From positions 32,001 to 96,000 of IMG/VR virus record IMGVR_UViG_3300005288_000001: a stretch of DNA of 64,000 nt; one strand, written 5' to 3'. The stretch is from a virus. Below the pieces are notes generated by a model. That model did no database searches and was not told the origin of the DNA. It saw only the letters and a list, made by a program, of their open reading frames with translations. Below, piece after piece: positions 15,033 to 24,888 of the stretch. Numbering within the stretch: the stretch's first letter is position 1; every line of letters starts with the position of its first letter. Position numbers and translations under genes: made by a program.

Positions 15033-16024
15033 TATTCCTCACCCTCTTCGATCCAAACAAATTCCGACGCATCCCATTCACGGTGATACTGATTACCAAT
15101 TCCACTGAAGAAGTCGTTGAACGAGTATCCATTGATACCGTCATAGAACCAGTCAGCGATAGGGTTGTATTTCACTTCATAAATCTTTTCAAGACCCAAC
15201 TGTACCAGCTGTTCGTTGATACGTGATTGGGAGAAGTGATTCATTTGGAGACAAGTGATACCGGAGATCGTTCCCTTTTCAAAGATTTTCTCATTGATTC
15301 GGCATTCATGTTCATAGAGTTGTCGCGCAGCTGCATAGATCAGGGAAGTAACTTCCTCGAATTCTTCATCGGATAGCTGCTGTTCTTTCAGCAGCTCACG
15401 GAAGCACCAGGCGCCACCAAGGGCGTGGATGTTCTCATCGCGTACCGAGAAGTTAATGCCGCGCACGATGTTGGTGAGCTTATTCTTTCCTTGGCTTTGG
15501 AAGTGCTTGAGGAATGCAAACGAGCTATAGAGAATTGCGCCTTCGACCATGGAGAAGACGGCGAGGGATACAAGGTCAGATGGATGACTGAGAATATTGT
15601 CAATAAACTCCATTCGATCGTTGAGGACCGGGTCATTGACATATCCAAGATAGAAGTCATCGGTATTGAGGTGGAGTAACTCATTGATCTTGTTGTAGAA
15701 GGGAGCGTGTACAGCCAGTTCAAACATACTGAACACGGAACCCATACGAGTAAACTCGGGACGGGGGAACATTGTCTTGAACCGTCCGGACCAGTACTCG
15801 TCACCAGCCAGCAGTTCATACTTCGTAAACAGTCGTAAAGTGGTAATGACTCCGTGCTTCTCAGCAGGAGTCATATTCACCAAGATATCTTGAATATCCT
15901 TCTCGACTTTTACTTCACCATGAAGCCAAAAGACCGCCAATTGCTTGTCGGCCAGGGTGATTGGCTCTTGGTACTTAACGACGTATGACTCTGTCGGCGT
16001 TTGAATTCTTGTTTTTGCCGACAT
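15032..16024 (-). CDS. nrdB: Ribonucleotide reductase class I beta subunit
   Basis: FW..E, E.AVH..FY, EG..LYSSF, RDENIH. Confidence 0.95.
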   Translation of the reverse strand: MSAKTRIQTPTESYVVKYQEPITLADKQLAVFWLHGEVKVEKDIQDILVNMTPAEKHGVITTLRLFTKYELLAGDEYWSGRFKTMFPRPEFTRMGSVFSMFELAVHAPFYNKINELLHLNTDDFYLGYVNDPVLNDRMEFIDNILSHPSDLVSLAVFSMVEGAILYSSFAFLKHFQSQGKNKLTNIVRGINFSVRDENIHALGGAWCFRELLKEQQLSDEEFEEVTSLIYAAARQLYEHECRINEKIFEKGTISGITCLQMNHFSQSRINEQLVQLGLEKIYEVKYNPIADWFYDGINGYSFNDFFSGIGNQYHREWDASEFVWIEEGEE

Positions 16025-16027
16025 TTC

Positions 16028-16480
16028 TTATTTACCTGCGCGTTCCTGCAGAATCGACTTGATCATCGGTTCTGGTTTCCAGTAATTCGGACCCTTTTGG
16101 AGCTTACCACGTTCGTCATAGATTGGCTTACCGTCAGCACCCATCTTCGAGAAGTTCGATTGCATAATGGCATCCAAAGTCAGCTCTAGAGGGAGACCGA
16201 ACTTGGCCATTTCCGAGGCACAGTACACTTGAATGTCGCCCAGCAAGTCAGCAAGGGAAGTCAGAACATCAAGTTCGTCTGCACCGTCCTTAATGGATTC
16301 GATGATAGGAACGATTTCGGCAAGTTCTTCATCGAGGATATCACGGAAGTTTTCGAGGCGTTCGATTGCTGTTGCGGCCGTTTGGGAGTCAGCACGAAGC
16401 TTGTAGAGGGAAGGGGTGGTAGAGACTGGGAGTTTGTACATCGCGTTGAACTTCGCGATATCAGCTTGGAATTGGGACAT
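16028..16480 (-). CDS. PRA-PH/MazG-like NTP pyrophosphohydrolase
   Basis: EELAE, DLLGD..VY, SNFSK...GKP...GK..KGPNY. Confidence 0.85.
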   Translation of the reverse strand: MSQFQADIAKFNAMYKLPVSTTPSLYKLRADSQTAATAIERLENFRDILDEELAEIVPIIESIKDGADELDVLTSLADLLGDIQVYCASEMAKFGLPLELTLDAIMQSNFSKMGADGKPIYDERGKLQKGPNYWKPEPMIKSILQERAGK

Positions 16481-16509
16481 GTTTCCTTGAATTTTGATTA
16501 GAGGTGTAT

Positions 16510-16782
16510 TTAGCGTAAGTGGTCGGGTGGAATGGTATCAGGAGCTTTATTTTTCACTGCCCAATTGAATTTGCATTCAATACCATCCCAAACAAAAGAG
16601 AAACCAATTGGCTCGTTGTCTTGGCTATTCTTGAATTCACCGAATTCATATTGGTCAATCATGCTCTGCGAACAACGACGAGCGTAATCTTGCTTGTCCA
16701 TGGGACCGACGATATTACGCCAGTGTCCGTCAGTGATTAGGCCATTGGCCCAATGAATCTTAAAGAAATAGGGCATGCTCAT
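16510..16782 (-). CDS. Hypothetical protein
   Basis: ORF coupled to thyX. Confidence 0.5.
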   Translation of the reverse strand: MSMPYFFKIHWANGLITDGHWRNIVGPMDKQDYARRCSQSMIDQYEFGEFKNSQDNEPIGFSFVWDGIECKFNWAVKNKAPDTIPPDHLR

Positions 16783-17618
16783 TTTGGCACCTTGTTTTCT
16801 ACGAGTTGGCGGTATTGCAACCAGCCGATAAAGTTCTTCGACTGATACTCAGGGTCCTTAAGGGACATTGCCGAGTGTTCAGTGGGCGAAGCGTGAATAG
16901 GAACTGAACCGACGAGGCGCTCATACAACTCAAGATCCTTATCGACGCTTGGATGTTCACCGTCATGGGTCAGGTACGATACTCGGGCGCAGCGGGCAGT
17001 GCTCAGCTTAACGAGCAGATCAGTACCAACAGTTGCTCGTTCCTGATCGGAAACATAGGGCAGATGCCAGCAAGCCTGGTTCTGGAAGTCATATTCACCG
17101 TCCGGACGCAGCACAGGAGTGGATTCACCCATGGCGGTTTGCATCTGAACAGCAAGTTCCTGGAACTCAGGTTGAGCGTCAGGGTGCGCGCGAAGCATGA
17201 AGAAGTTTGCCCACTCAGTCGAAGTGACGAGGGTACGCATCCATTGGAACGGCTCGAGGATACGGTTGGCGACCTGCTTATGAGCGCCCAACTTATTCAT
17301 CTGTTCAGCAATCTTAGCTGCAGCTTCGGCAGCGTTTTGCCATTCGAGTTGAACAGCCAACAGGTTATCGCCTTCCAACTGTGTATTCGCTTGCATGCCA
17401 GGTTGGTTCTTACCCCAATGGATAGGTGTCGCTGGATTCGTGCGTACCTGTTCAATCATCTTTGCTACGGGAATAGCACGTGACGACATTGCATTACGAC
17501 TGAATAGTCGGTGAGTCATAACCTCACCATGAATGAATCGCTGATACTGTAACTCGAACGTGACAATTCGCTTGCCGCGTGGAGTAATAGAATCAGCTAC
17601 GATTTTTGCATAAATCAT
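16779..17618 (-). CDS. thyX: FAD-dependent thymidylate synthase (phage type)
   Basis: E.MTHR.FSRNAMSSRAIP, HKQVANR.LEPF, LRAHPDAQPE, HASPTEH. Confidence 0.9.
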   Translation of the reverse strand: MIYAKIVADSITPRGKRIVTFELQYQRFIHGEVMTHRLFSRNAMSSRAIPVAKMIEQVRTNPATPIHWGKNQPGMQANTQLEGDNLLAVQLEWQNAAEAAAKIAEQMNKLGAHKQVANRILEPFQWMRTLVTSTEWANFFMLRAHPDAQPEFQELAVQMQTAMGESTPVLRPDGEYDFQNQACWHLPYVSDQERATVGTDLLVKLSTARCARVSYLTHDGEHPSVDKDLELYERLVGSVPIHASPTEHSAMSLKDPEYQSKNFIGWLQYRQLVENKVPK

Positions 17619-18653
17619 TTAGCACTTTTTCCATGTAGTGAAACGTAATTGAGCGCGAAGTCCCTGGAAGCAATTAGCATCAATAATTGCCTTCAATTCT
17701 TCACGAGTCATACCTTCCTTAATAGCCTGATTCAGGTCTTTAAAGGGAAAGTTTTCAGGGGGTAAAAAGCAATTATACCCTTCTTGGATAGTCTTCGCTA
17801 CTATCTTAGTCACCTCTTTGCTCCGTGGTTCATTGTCGTGAATCAGGATCAAATTGCTTTTGAGGGCTTCCATTGGTGGCGACATGAACGACGACGCACC
17901 ACCAACAGCAACACAGTTATCCAACATTAGGGAGTCGAACTCACCTTCTGTTGCATAGATTTTCTTGGCGTAATCAATCCTATCTAGTCCGTATATCTTT
18001 TCCGCATCGTCGTCTAGGCGAATCATCATATACTTCGGTTCACGATCGTCCATTGCCCGAGCGTTGAAGTGGACGACTTTACCGTGGCGGTTGAAGTAAG
18101 GAATGATTAGGCGTGGATGTTCGTTTTCGAGGTTAGTAAACTTCTTAACGATACCATTCACATATGCTTTAAACTCAGGAGCATAGTAGAAGAGCTTTTC
18201 AAATTCAGCAGGTATCTTGCGACCCTGTATATATTTTCTAGCTGGGTGATCCCCCAAAGTATCAAGACGTTGGAGTGGAGCAAGAACGTCATCGAGCAGT
18301 TCCTCTTCGATTGGAATAGTAAGCACTTTGCTTGGCTGGAACAAAGCACCGATATCCTTGTGGTCAGAGAACTTGGAGACGTTATTTTGGTAACGTTCGA
18401 CTACATACTGCTTATAGAGTACTTCGTCGAAGTGTTTGATGAGATTTCCAACATTCGAACCATGTCCACAATGGTGGCATTTGGTGAAAAGGTCAGTCTT
18501 CTTTCGATAGATGTATGCGCGGGCCTTCGGCTTCTCAGAACTCCAGTCGGAGCAGTGAGGGCACGTATATTGCCATACATATTGTCCTTTCTGCTTGAAG
18601 TTCTTGATCCGGCCACCTACGAGTGCGGCATATTTTACGTCAACGTACAGCAT
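17619..18653 (-). CDS. 61: DNA primase (gp61)
   Basis: Zinc finger CPHC..CHHC, TOPRIM EGEFD, DNEPR, KDLN. Confidence 0.95.
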   Translation of the reverse strand: MLYVDVKYAALVGGRIKNFKQKGQYVWQYTCPHCSDWSSEKPKARAYIYRKKTDLFTKCHHCGHGSNVGNLIKHFDEVLYKQYVVERYQNNVSKFSDHKDIGALFQPSKVLTIPIEEELLDDVLAPLQRLDTLGDHPARKYIQGRKIPAEFEKLFYYAPEFKAYVNGIVKKFTNLENEHPRLIIPYFNRHGKVVHFNARAMDDREPKYMMIRLDDDAEKIYGLDRIDYAKKIYATEGEFDSLMLDNCVAVGGASSFMSPPMEALKSNLILIHDNEPRSKEVTKIVAKTIQEGYNCFLPPENFPFKDLNQAIKEGMTREELKAIIDANCFQGLRAQLRFTTWKKC

Positions 18654-18736
18654 TATATAAACAAGGGTGAGTTAGACCGACTAGTATACCTGACCCCTGA
18701 TGGAATGTTTAAATTTCAACCTTCCGCGGAACAGCC

Positions 18737-18774
18737 CTTTACTTCTACTTTACAGGGGCGCATAATAGCGGTGT
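18737..18774 (+). promoter_or_regulatory. 38-bp repeated promoter-like element, copy 1
   Basis: TTTACT-N17-CATAAT; 35/38 identical to 61401-61438. Confidence 0.65.
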
Positions 18775-18816
18775 AGTGTTTGAGAGATAGACTGAATACA
18801 GTTATTGAGTACGACT

Positions 18817-18969
18817 ATGAAACAATACGACGACCTGAAGTTTGACATCTATAAGTTAACAAAGAAGCCTGAAACGCGTGAGGAGTATATGGCTCTGTTA
18901 CAGGAAGCGATACTAATAGTGCAAAACCTGAACGAAGACCTTGAGGATATCCTCAATCGCCCTTCTTAG
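18817..18969 (+). CDS. 50-aa plus-strand protein (MKQYDDLKFDIYKL...)
   Basis: Translated by hand; downstream of the plus-strand promoter-like element. Confidence 0.5.
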   Translation: MKQYDDLKFDIYKLTKKPETREEYMALLQEAILIVQNLNEDLEDILNRPS

Positions 18970-19300
18970 TTTTGTCCCAGTTCTTCTTTTGTTCATTGAT
19001 CCACTTCTGCAGCTTCTCTAGCTGTATGTTAGTGAGATTTTGATTGGTAAGATTGATGGCCTGAACTCGGCCCACCTCAGACAGCTTAGTGTCTACAGGA
19101 TCATCATTACTTAGAGTTGCCGGTGGCTCCGGTAGCAGGAGTGGTGGTTTTGCCTGTTGCATCAGTTCCGCCGGTGGCTTCGGGAAGTCCGGTATTTTTG
19201 GCTGCCTCGTTAAGAAGCCGCACGAAACCTGCAGGCACAGGACAACGCTTATCAGACTCCACTGTAATGTACGTAGGAATTTTGACGACAATTTGTTCAC
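18953..19300 (-). CDS. o-spanin (Rz1-like lipoprotein)
   Basis: Signal peptide with lipobox-like QVSC, Pro-rich; overlaps the i-spanin. Confidence 0.7.
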   Translation of the reverse strand: MNKLSSKFLRTLQWSLISVVLCLQVSCGFLTRQPKIPDFPKPPAELMQQAKPPLLLPEPPATLSNDDPVDTKLSEVGRVQAINLTNQNLTNIQLEKLQKWINEQKKNWDKTKKGD

Positions 19301-19622
19301 CCTTTTGTTTGACGATCTTCACTCGATCGACGTATTCAGTAACGATTTCAGATGTGATTTCAGGAGCACGACTTTCTAGCTGACTGATCTTCTGATTGAG
19401 CACGGCTACTTCGGCCTTTCGGCTGGACTCGGAAGCATCAATTCCGTACCAGACAAGTCCGAGGACCAAACACGCCACTGAGATGACTTTGAAGGCCCAC
19501 TGGTACGGACCAATGAACGGTATCGTCGGTACAAAGGCAGCAAGAAGCGAACCAATAATGCCGAAGACCAAGACGAAATGTAAAAGAGCCGCAGGAAGCA
19601 GCTCGTAGAGGAAAAGCATCAT
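19107..19622 (-). CDS. i-spanin (Rz-like)
   Basis: N-terminal TM segments, coiled coil, VTEYVDRVKIV...CPVPAGFVRL. Confidence 0.75.
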   Translation of the reverse strand: MMLFLYELLPAALLHFVLVFGIIGSLLAAFVPTIPFIGPYQWAFKVISVACLVLGLVWYGIDASESSRKAEVAVLNQKISQLESRAPEITSEIVTEYVDRVKIVKQKGEQIVVKIPTYITVESDKRCPVPAGFVRLLNEAAKNTGLPEATGGTDATGKTTTPATGATGNSK

Positions 19623-19626
19623 AGGC

Positions 19627-20601
19627 TTAATTAGGCGAACCCTTGGTGACCGTGAAGTTAATCGTCGGCGCTTCGTTGAGAGTAATGTTCGTTGTCAGGT
19701 TCTGCACAAGGACTCGGAAACCACCGGTCACGACTTTGTGGGCATAGACCCAATACGTGCCAATCGCACCACCGGAACCTTGGACAGCAACCACTGTGTC
19801 TCCCTCAACTACAGTGTTATTTGAGACGTTGAAAATAACCATCTCTCCAGGTGCCATAATCGACGAGAACATCGTAATGATACCACAGGGACGATTAACA
19901 GTTACGTCAGTGGACTTGCTGGTAGATTGATTTATCGCACCACCTGCTCCTGGGGCATAACCGATACCACCTGTTGGAGATGAAGAACGGATCGATCCTG
20001 CCGACCAAAGCGCACCAGTGATAGCGTTGACTGTGTACACATCGGTGCCGAGGGCATAGACACGGAAAGCATTGGCGAAACTAGCACCAGCACCACCATC
20101 TCCAACGTAGTATCCATCTCCAGTATTCATGCCATAATTCTTCACCACGGTCATACCATAGTGTTTGTTATGCACATTGTCCACGATGCCAATAGCAGTC
20201 TGGATACCTTCGGTGATTACGTTACCGGAAATAGCACTGGTAGTTGATTCCATCGCAGCCATGAAGCCAGTCCCGTAGGTGGCTACGTTGGCTAGAATAG
20301 CACAAGAATCGGATGTTGGACCGCCTTGGCGAACAACGATGTTCAACCCGTCCATCTCGCCGGGAACTGTTGTACTGGAGAAGTTCTTTTTGATAATCGA
20401 AATGGTCTGGCCGAAGTCAGCATTCGTTGGTCCGTTGGCGCCTGATCCTACAGGACGACTCTCGATGGCAACGACGCTATCGTCGGAACCAACATGGGAG
20501 CCAGCGTTAGACGTACGCAATATACTCTTGGCTGTATGCGTGTTCTCACCTGATTCGAGATACATATTGACCTTCGAATCATCAAAATTAGTGGAAGACA
20601 T
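19627..20601 (-). CDS. Putative virion structural / fibre-associated protein
   Basis: G/S/T/N-rich, beta-type composition, late-gene context. Confidence 0.55.
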   Translation of the reverse strand: MSSTNFDDSKVNMYLESGENTHTAKSILRTSNAGSHVGSDDSVVAIESRPVGSGANGPTNADFGQTISIIKKNFSSTTVPGEMDGLNIVVRQGGPTSDSCAILANVATYGTGFMAAMESTTSAISGNVITEGIQTAIGIVDNVHNKHYGMTVVKNYGMNTGDGYYVGDGGAGASFANAFRVYALGTDVYTVNAITGALWSAGSIRSSSPTGGIGYAPGAGGAINQSTSKSTDVTVNRPCGIITMFSSIMAPGEMVIFNVSNNTVVEGDTVVAVQGSGGAIGTYWVYAHKVVTGGFRVLVQNLTTNITLNEAPTINFTVTKGSPN

Positions 20602-20606
20602 GGAAT

Positions 20607-20795
20607 TTATAGAGGAGAGTGGCGTTCAGCACCAACAGCAAGCATTTTACGATTAAGCGTCTTAGGCTTCTTCGTATTTACGTTGGTAGATGTCGCATTG
20701 GGTTGAGCCGGAGGGCTAATACCAGAAGGAAGGCCAACCGAGTTGGCAGGAGCATCCTCATTCAGCTTACGCATAAGCTCTTTGAATGTGATCAT
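20607..20795 (-). CDS. Small late protein (LNEDAPANSVG)
   Basis: TFKE..LNE motif resembles T4-like head-associated peptides. Confidence 0.5.
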   Translation of the reverse strand: MITFKELMRKLNEDAPANSVGLPSGISPPAQPNATSTNVNTKKPKTLNRKMLAVGAERHSPL

Positions 20796-21163
20796 AATTT
20801 TCGTAGTGCCTCAATAATTCTATCGTCGATGACGATCTCTGATAGATTGATTCCGTATTCAGGAATCTCGTTGGGCATTCGGTGAAGGTAGAGAAGAAAA
20901 GCTATCATAGGTTCCCAACATTCTTTGTCGATCTTGAAGAATAACATCGGAAGTGCTGCGCTGCCAAAGACGTTGAAAAGAACGATGATGTGATTAAGAA
21001 TCAATCGTTCTTTCAGTTCTCCGTCGCGCTTGTACCTGAGGATTAGTTTTCTCAGGTACAAGAACTTCTTAACATCTTCTTCAAATTCAGCTAACGACAA
21101 GCAGTTAGTCTTGTCGTAGTGATGCATCGCGAAGACGAGGAAATTATCCTCTGATAGCTTCAT
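20792..21163 (-). CDS. Conserved T4-like hypothetical protein
   Basis: NF..FAM.HY, EFEED, ERLILNHII.LFNVFG. Confidence 0.75.
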   Translation of the reverse strand: MKLSEDNFLVFAMHHYDKTNCLSLAEFEEDVKKFLYLRKLILRYKRDGELKERLILNHIIVLFNVFGSAALPMLFFKIDKECWEPMIAFLLYLHRMPNEIPEYGINLSEIVIDDRIIEALRKL

Positions 21164-21168
21164 TCAGA

Positions 21169-21972
21169 TTACGTTCCGAATGTCAGCGTTGCAGCCGAGC
21201 TATTCAGTGCCTTAGCACCGCCGCCGGACAGAACAACACGGTACTTCTTGCCGGTATCACCAGTAACCACACCAGCCAGGACCAGAGTCGAGGCAGTTTC
21301 ACCAACGATATTGGTGAACTTGGTTGGAGCAGCTGCTGTAGCGACTTGCCATTGGTACAGGATCGTTCCACCGCCAGTAATAGCAGCAGTAACACCGAAG
21401 GTTGCAGCACCAGCAACGGAAGTTTGGTTAGCTGGTTGTACCGAGATCGACAGAACAGCTTCAACGTCAGGAGCGATCAGGTCTTCTTCCTTATCACCGG
21501 TTCCAGTTGTTACGCTGGTAATCGAGACAAGCAGTTCAGCCTTGTACTTTGTATCGCCATTGCTGTCTGGGAAAGTCACGAATTTCCACCAGCCTGGGCT
21601 GTGGATACCCTTGGACTTCGTAACTGCCAGGGCAGCTTCCGTATCATCAACGAACACGATGTTAGCGTTCAGGTCGTTAAGCGGCTGGCGCTTAGCAAGG
21701 AACGTTGCACCAGTACCGCCAGGAACGGTGAAGGTTGGATCGGACGTGTAGCCATAACCACCGGACGTGACAGTGATCGACTGAACGATCCCGCCAACCA
21801 CCAGCGCAGTAGCTGTAGCACCCGTACCACCGCCACCAGTAATGGTGACAGTCGCTGCGACGTTATTTGTATATCCTGTACCACCAGTTAGAACCGAAAC
21901 GCCATGAAGACGACCGATCTCAACGTACTTTGGTAGAGACGCCAGAGCGTCAGTTTTTCCCCATAGAGGCAT
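21169..21972 (-). CDS. Virion decoration protein with C-terminal Ig-like domain
   Basis: MPLWGKTD start; ISVQP...YQWQ...YRVV Ig pattern. Confidence 0.7.
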   Translation of the reverse strand: MPLWGKTDALASLPKYVEIGRLHGVSVLTGGTGYTNNVAATVTITGGGGTGATATALVVGGIVQSITVTSGGYGYTSDPTFTVPGGTGATFLAKRQPLNDLNANIVFVDDTEAALAVTKSKGIHSPGWWKFVTFPDSNGDTKYKAELLVSITSVTTGTGDKEEDLIAPDVEAVLSISVQPANQTSVAGAATFGVTAAITGGGTILYQWQVATAAAPTKFTNIVGETASTLVLAGVVTGDTGKKYRVVLSGGGAKALNSSAATLTFGT

Positions 21973-21996
21973 AAGTTTCTCCTAATAGTTTATTTA

Positions 21997-23577
21997 TTAC
22001 TTGTTCTTCTTATAAGAACCATACTTACCAGCTGGACGTCCACGACCGCGTTTCTCAGTGGATGGAGCTGCTGCCTTTTCGGATGCACGCTTCTTAGGCG
22101 CCAGACGTTGGACAGTTGTACCCTTTTCGTGGTAATGGAATTCACGCACTTCACCTTCGTGATCTACGTGACGGATAACGGCCTTCTTTGCTTTGTGATC
22201 ATAGTCGTGGTGAACGACCATACCGCTATTCTTGTGGTTAGCCAGCTTCGATTCGAAGTCAGAATGGCTAATGAATTCTTCGGACAGTTCTTCTGCTTCG
22301 AAAACAAACGCTTCCGAAATAGTGCCTTCCTTGAGGTAGTCCTTAAATGAGATCAAAGTATCTTCCTTCTTTACGTCATTGGCGAATTGCTTCTTTGTGG
22401 CCTTAACGATACCACTGAAGCGCTTGTTTCCGCGAGCAAAATTGCCTGCCTTGTCAGCGGCCGAAGCATCAGCACCAGCTGCTTTCTTGTACTTTCCCAG
22501 AGTGTCGTTAGATAGCTCGTCGATCTGCTCAACTTCTTCCTTGACTTGTGTGCCGGGAACTTCTACGTTAGTGTGAGAAGCGTACTTTGCCTTCTGGACC
22601 ATAGCCAGCATCTTCAGCTGACCCTTGGTAGATAGCTTAACATGTTCAGCTGCCTTTGGCGCCTGACCGATATCACCACACATTTCGTCATGTGCTGGAA
22701 TCTTTACAGCTTCACCAAGACGCTTCTCCGCACGTTCAACTCCGGCCATACGCATATGAGCCTTGGCGCTTGTCTTCTTGTCAGATTCGCTCGATGGACC
22801 AGACTTCTTCATGGCCTTTCCGAGATGCGTGATCTTCTTATCCAGGTCACCTTCAGCCTTGTGCTTGTAGCTGTTCAGAGTGTCACGGTTCAATTCGTCG
22901 ATTTGTTCAGCTTCCTCATGAACCTTTGCGCCACGTTTCACGGTAACGTCATAGTGATGTCCCCAAACGTCGCCAGTTGGTTTTGCCGCTGTACGTTCGC
23001 CTTCTTTGCGCTCACTGTGACGCGCAGCTGCTGCACGGGCCTTACGCTCGGCGTGTGCCTTGGAAGCCTTTTGTGCCTTGGAAGCACCGAAGAGTCCCTT
23101 CACCGCATCAACAACACCCTCACTTAGCCCCTCAGCGCGCTCATCGAGGCGCTTGGTGGCCGCCTGAACGCCTTGCTGGCGCTTACGAGCGGTTGCCAAA
23201 ATACGACCCGCAGTAGTGTCACCACCCTTTGTGATTGGGGCCGAAGCTGCAGCCTTTTTATAGTTCGTAAGAGTGCTGTTGGATAGTTCGTCGATTTGTT
23301 CCACGTCTTCCTTTACTTGTTTCTTTAGGTGATCAAGATGCTTTGCAGTTTTGGCATGATAGTCACGGCCAATATCTCGCATCTTGTCAAGCAGTGGGTG
23401 GCCCGTTGGCTTATCCGCCACCTTGTGGTTAGCCAGTTCCTTTTCCGTATTGTGGACAGCCTTCTTCAGCAACGAATTAACATGCTGTTTGTGGCGAACG
23501 TGCGTGTCATGCACAGGATCCATCTTTTCTTGGATATTTTTATCGGTCATTTTATTCCTTCGATTCTGGAGCACCAC
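21997..23577 (-). CDS. Internal head / prohead-core-like repeat protein
   Basis: Three E(V/A)EQIDEL(S/N)..TL..YK repeats, K/E/A-rich, C-terminal KRGRGRP. Confidence 0.7.
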   Translation of the reverse strand: MVLQNRRNKMTDKNIQEKMDPVHDTHVRHKQHVNSLLKKAVHNTEKELANHKVADKPTGHPLLDKMRDIGRDYHAKTAKHLDHLKKQVKEDVEQIDELSNSTLTNYKKAAASAPITKGGDTTAGRILATARKRQQGVQAATKRLDERAEGLSEGVVDAVKGLFGASKAQKASKAHAERKARAAAARHSERKEGERTAAKPTGDVWGHHYDVTVKRGAKVHEEAEQIDELNRDTLNSYKHKAEGDLDKKITHLGKAMKKSGPSSESDKKTSAKAHMRMAGVERAEKRLGEAVKIPAHDEMCGDIGQAPKAAEHVKLSTKGQLKMLAMVQKAKYASHTNVEVPGTQVKEEVEQIDELSNDTLGKYKKAAGADASAADKAGNFARGNKRFSGIVKATKKQFANDVKKEDTLISFKDYLKEGTISEAFVFEAEELSEEFISHSDFESKLANHKNSGMVVHHDYDHKAKKAVIRHVDHEGEVREFHYHEKGTTVQRLAPKKRASEKAAAPSTEKRGRGRPAGKYGSYKKNK

Positions 23578-24136
23578 CGGTAGTCTCGCCCGAGTTTACT
23601 CGTTTGTGATGCTTTGGTGGAATTGGGTGAACGGTCTTATCGAGCTTACGCACGAAAGACTTAAGAGAACGTCTATCGTCATCATTCTTAATTAGGTTCT
23701 TGTATGGATTGCTCACTGGCTCAGGCTTAAGAGTGAGTGGCTTACCAACGCGGTGCGTGTCTTTCACGATACGCTTGGACTTCGTAATCATACCACTGTT
23801 CGCGAATTCGATTCGCTTAATGTGATTCTTACGACGTGAGCCGTCTTTATTCTTTGTCTGGGAGTAAACGTAGTCGGCGCCGTATTGGTCTTCGTTAACT
23901 TGAACGAGAGTTAGTTCCTGTGGAAACTTTCGAACGGTTTCGCCTGCCTCATTTTCGAGGACTAGATGGTTTGTACCGCGATAGACAATCTTGTATTGAA
24001 TGCCTGCGGTTTCAACGATGTCGCCAATGTTGAAGATTTTGCCTTGAAAGTACTGTTCACGGATTGGGTCCGTAGTTGGTACTGAAGCCACAGGATGTGG
24101 CTGTAGGTCTTCCAGCAGTTGCTTTAGTGTCTTCAT
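23552..24136 (-). CDS. Late hypothetical protein
   Basis: MKTLKQLLE start; REQY..G.IFNIGD; CTAAATA upstream. Confidence 0.6.
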   Translation of the reverse strand: MKTLKQLLEDLQPHPVASVPTTDPIREQYFQGKIFNIGDIVETAGIQYKIVYRGTNHLVLENEAGETVRKFPQELTLVQVNEDQYGADYVYSQTKNKDGSRRKNHIKRIEFANSGMITKSKRIVKDTHRVGKPLTLKPEPVSNPYKNLIKNDDDRRSLKSFVRKLDKTVHPIPPKHHKRVNSGETTGGAPESKE

Positions 24137-24350
24137 AAGCCCATTAAGATAATTAACGAGCTATTTAGCGTATTTAAATTTTCTAGCCGAATGTACGCTT
24201 GGCCATATGAAGATCTTTATTGATTAGACTGGTGAAATAATCTTCCCGTCTATTCTCAAGAACACAACACCCGGCACGGCAGGTGTGAGTTTTCTTACCA
24301 CGCATTTTCAGGCGACCACTGCCGCCACCACGTTGCTTCATCTATCTCCT

Positions 24351-24623
24351 TTATCGTTGAGGACCTCTTGAAACTACCTTATCTTCCCAGACCTGCGGCT
24401 TTGGGCCAGCATCCGGTGCCTTGATATCACGAATATTCTTCGTGTCAATATAGACCTTTTCATTGCAGACTGGGCAATTGAAGACAGCGTTCGATCGCTG
24501 ACCCGGATCACCGTATTGCCACTCGACTTCCTTCTTCTGGAACTGGAGGGTAGAGTTGCAATTGGTGCAATCACATTCCTTCCAGTATTCATCTGGGCGA
24601 ACACCACGTTTTACGATAATCAT
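24351..24623 (-). CDS. Zinc-ribbon protein, paralog 1
   Basis: CTNC..CPVC. Confidence 0.65.
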   Translation of the reverse strand: MIIVKRGVRPDEYWKECDCTNCNSTLQFQKKEVEWQYGDPGQRSNAVFNCPVCNEKVYIDTKNIRDIKAPDAGPKPQVWEDKVVSRGPQR

Positions 24624-24624
24624 A

Positions 24625-24870
24625 TTAATCCTTGAAAATTAGGTCGTTTGGGAGATGTAAATGGCTCTTTGGTATGGTCACTACCTTATTGGCCGTCGTA
24701 ATCGCTGCGCGTGAGCAAACAGGGCACTGGAACTCAACGTAAGATCCCTCGCGTTGGCTGTGCTCCCAGCGAACTTCCTTCTTCATAAATTCCAAAACTG
24801 AGGAGCAGTGATTACAACGAGCCTGATAAAGCTCTTCTTCAGGAAGAGCGCCCTTGACGATGACTTTCAT
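24625..24870 (-). CDS. Zinc-ribbon protein, paralog 2
   Basis: CNHC..CPVC; shares F.KKEV.W with paralog 1. Confidence 0.65.
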   Translation of the reverse strand: MKVIVKGALPEEELYQARCNHCSSVLEFMKKEVRWEHSQREGSYVEFQCPVCSRAAITTANKVVTIPKSHLHLPNDLIFKD

Positions 24871-24888
24871 TATTTATCTCCCGGCTCC

